From: Takakia lepidozioides
Taxonomy: Eukaryota > Plantae > Bryophyta
DNA length: 64,000 nt
Reading direction: 5' to 3'
Assembly: GCA_030704615.1 (NCBI GenBank)
Contig: CM060732.1
Coordinates: 31,062,001 to 31,126,000, forward strand
Shown here: in pieces, positions 61,853 through 64,000 of the stretch
How the letters are laid out: every line of letters starts with the position of its first letter
Position numbering within the stretch: the stretch's first letter is position 1
The notes under the pieces: generated by a model
Databases searched by the model: none
Told to the model about the DNA's origin: nothing
What the model saw: the letters and a program-made list of their open reading frames with translations, nothing else
Program-made: the position numbers and the translations under genes

Positions 61853-63633
61853 ATGCCTGCTTTTCGTAGGTATGGAGGTATTATGCATATTATGTTGGGA
61901 GTTTAAGGCACAGGGAAAACTGGAACCTCACCTGTAGGAATCCCAATTGTTGCTCACAGACCATGTTCAGCAATAACAGCTGTCGAAACTGTGCAACATG
62001 AAGTACCTGTGTAAACCTACCGCTGGAAACTAGTTGCAAAGCTTTTCTAAAGAAGGTGGACAGCCTCAGCATGGGGTGCAGAAGTTGATGATGCTCCAAA
62101 GGTTACTGAAATCCCGACACAGCTACATTTATATGGGAAGATCTGCATACCCAGCCCACCTACTTCTCTATGAGGCCTGAGATATGTGGTTCTCAACATC
62201 ATCCTGATCCTATCCCTCAGTCAACTGTTTGAGTGCCCATGAGGCCTGTAATGGTCCCCAGCAAATCCTCATTGGATTCCTGATATTGGAGGACAAGTCC
62301 AATGGAGTTGTAGATTTGGAGGTGGCTGATGCGGCCAGATCTAATCCACGAGGCGCAATTCACATGCTTTGGCACCGGGGTCTTTTTCCTGCTGTCTCTC
62401 TAACTCATTTTCTCTTCGTTTGCTCTCGAGGCCAGGCCAAGCTTGTCTAACCCTGTCTGCAGGTTCTGGTATTGAAATATGTTTACTTTGTAATACCTGG
62501 TTCCATGGTATTAGGGTATTTACAATATTTTGATGGTTCTCAATAGAAGTATGAATTGTTTTTGTGGATTGGTATCAACTGGATGGTATTCCAACTGTTG
62601 ATACCAGCTGGTCATCAACCCGGGCATAAATAATCAATAAAGTGGCAGCCAAAACATGATGCAATTTCAATTTACAAATGTGGCACATGCTCTCGGTTTC
62701 CACTTGCAACCATGGCAAATGACATTCTGCTTAAGATTTCTAATGCTTACTTAAGGAGGCAACTCGACCTGTTTGCAGCTACATGTCGTGGTGCTCGATT
62801 TGGGATACCTGGCTCGGCTTGGATCTCATGCTTTCTCATACAACCCATTTTCAGCAATCTTCAACTACATACTCAGACTCTGGCCTCCTATTCCAAGCGT
62901 TGGGTTGCCTGGGATTCGGTGGGTCTCTCCACTGTCCATGACGTGTATGCAAACCTCACTAGCTTCCTCTCTCAGCAACCACAGAGTGGTGGTGCAGGGG
63001 CTGGCCAGTGATCTCGGCTGCAATCTTGTAGCGTTGGGCTCCTGTCAACAGCCCGAGAGAGAAGGCTGGATAGCCCCCGCATGGTGTGGCTACTTGGCTG
63101 CAACACCCTGTCACATTGTTTTATCGCCTCCACTTCAAACAACATTGCCTGCTGTAGGAGAGAGAGATGTGAAAAGTGCAGCTCAGACGCCTGCGTGATC
63201 GATCCTGGAAGCAGGACGATCGTTTGTGCCTGCTGTTGCAATCCTGTCTTGCATCCAGGTTGCAACTACTCATTTCATTCTGCCTCTTTCTCGCTCATCA
63301 CAGTCGGGGATGGCGGGGATGGCAACGTCTTCCCGCGTTCTCCCGACCCCGCATGCAGACTCTACACCTAAGGCCCTGTCCTCTCGTTTCGGTGGTCATG
63401 TGCGAGGCCTCTGGGATGTGGAGCTGAAATCTGCATCCCCCTTGGCAATGCGCAGAGGCCGCAGTTCCTTGCATGTGGCTGCTATGGCGCCTCGCCAACC
63501 TTCAGGGATCCCATTCAATTTAGGTCATAAAGTGAAACACTTTTCCCTTTCCGCTGTGTGCTCTGGGCAAAGAAGCATGAAAGCACACCTGGGAGTTAGA
63601 CAAGCCCGATAATTGGTATATCTGGGATATAAG

Positions 63634-63962
63634 TCAACGCTGGAAACATGGAACAGCGCCGGCAGCAGTTCTTGAAAGATCCTTCACACTGGTGGGACTG
63701 CAGTGTTGACAAGGTGAGCTTTCTTCATGTAGGATGTGACGGAATTTCACTGAATTTCGCTGTACCCCTGCTTGTTGAGTGTAGGTAGAATCTCGCTTTG
63801 CTCTGGAAAATTTGCTTCTACTGTCAGTGCCATAGGTTGTCCTTCCTAAGCAGGGCATGAAAGTAGGATGCTCAAGGTCTTTGCAAGGTACTTGGGAGGG
63901 TTGAGACTGTGGCTGCTCAGCTGCTCCTGGGTCGTTTTCACAGACCGCTCCAAAATCTCTAG
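63634..63962 (-). CDS. Possible last exon of a gene starting beyond the window; product unknown
   Basis: Open frame of about 110 codons after a TGTCTGCAG acceptor-like site. No recognisable motif. Confidence 0.2.
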
Positions 63963-64000
63963 ACTGCAGACATAAGCAGCGCACACAAGAGGGCTTATTG

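Noticed and set aside
62712-63612. Overlapping 80-140 aa ORFs downstream of nCBP
   Set aside because: No recognisable domain and stops in all frames; probably UTR or non-coding.

Overview
Nuclear DNA from a land plant, most likely a seed-free lineage (bryophyte, lycophyte or fern). This is inferred from a spliced, probably plastid-targeted MurD peptidoglycan ligase gene and moss-type Helitron MITE ends. Six host genes can be read exon by exon: a LONELY GUY cytokinin-activating enzyme (11257-14968 +), ESF1 (30536-27508 -), an intronless thylakoid-type ascorbate peroxidase (30774-32090 +), MurD (~47849-39466 -), a CBS-domain PV42/SnRK1-gamma-like gene (48186-51017 +) and the eIF4E-family nCBP (56385-61852 +). 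The start of a SWIM-zinc-finger-family gene runs off the left edge. The rest is mobile or decayed DNA. It includes two copies of an L1-clade LINE family (one split into oppositely oriented halves and carrying a captured PPR E/E+/DYW fragment), a second LINE family repeatedly found next to (TC)n tracts, several MITEs (two flanked by TTAA, plus hAT, TA-flanked and Helitron types), an AT-rich island with a hairpin minisatellite, and pseudogene fragments (GPDH, PDCD2, retropepsin, a caspase-like ORF). No CRISPR array or rRNA/tRNA gene was found. Family assignments come from motif recognition by eye; no database searches were run.
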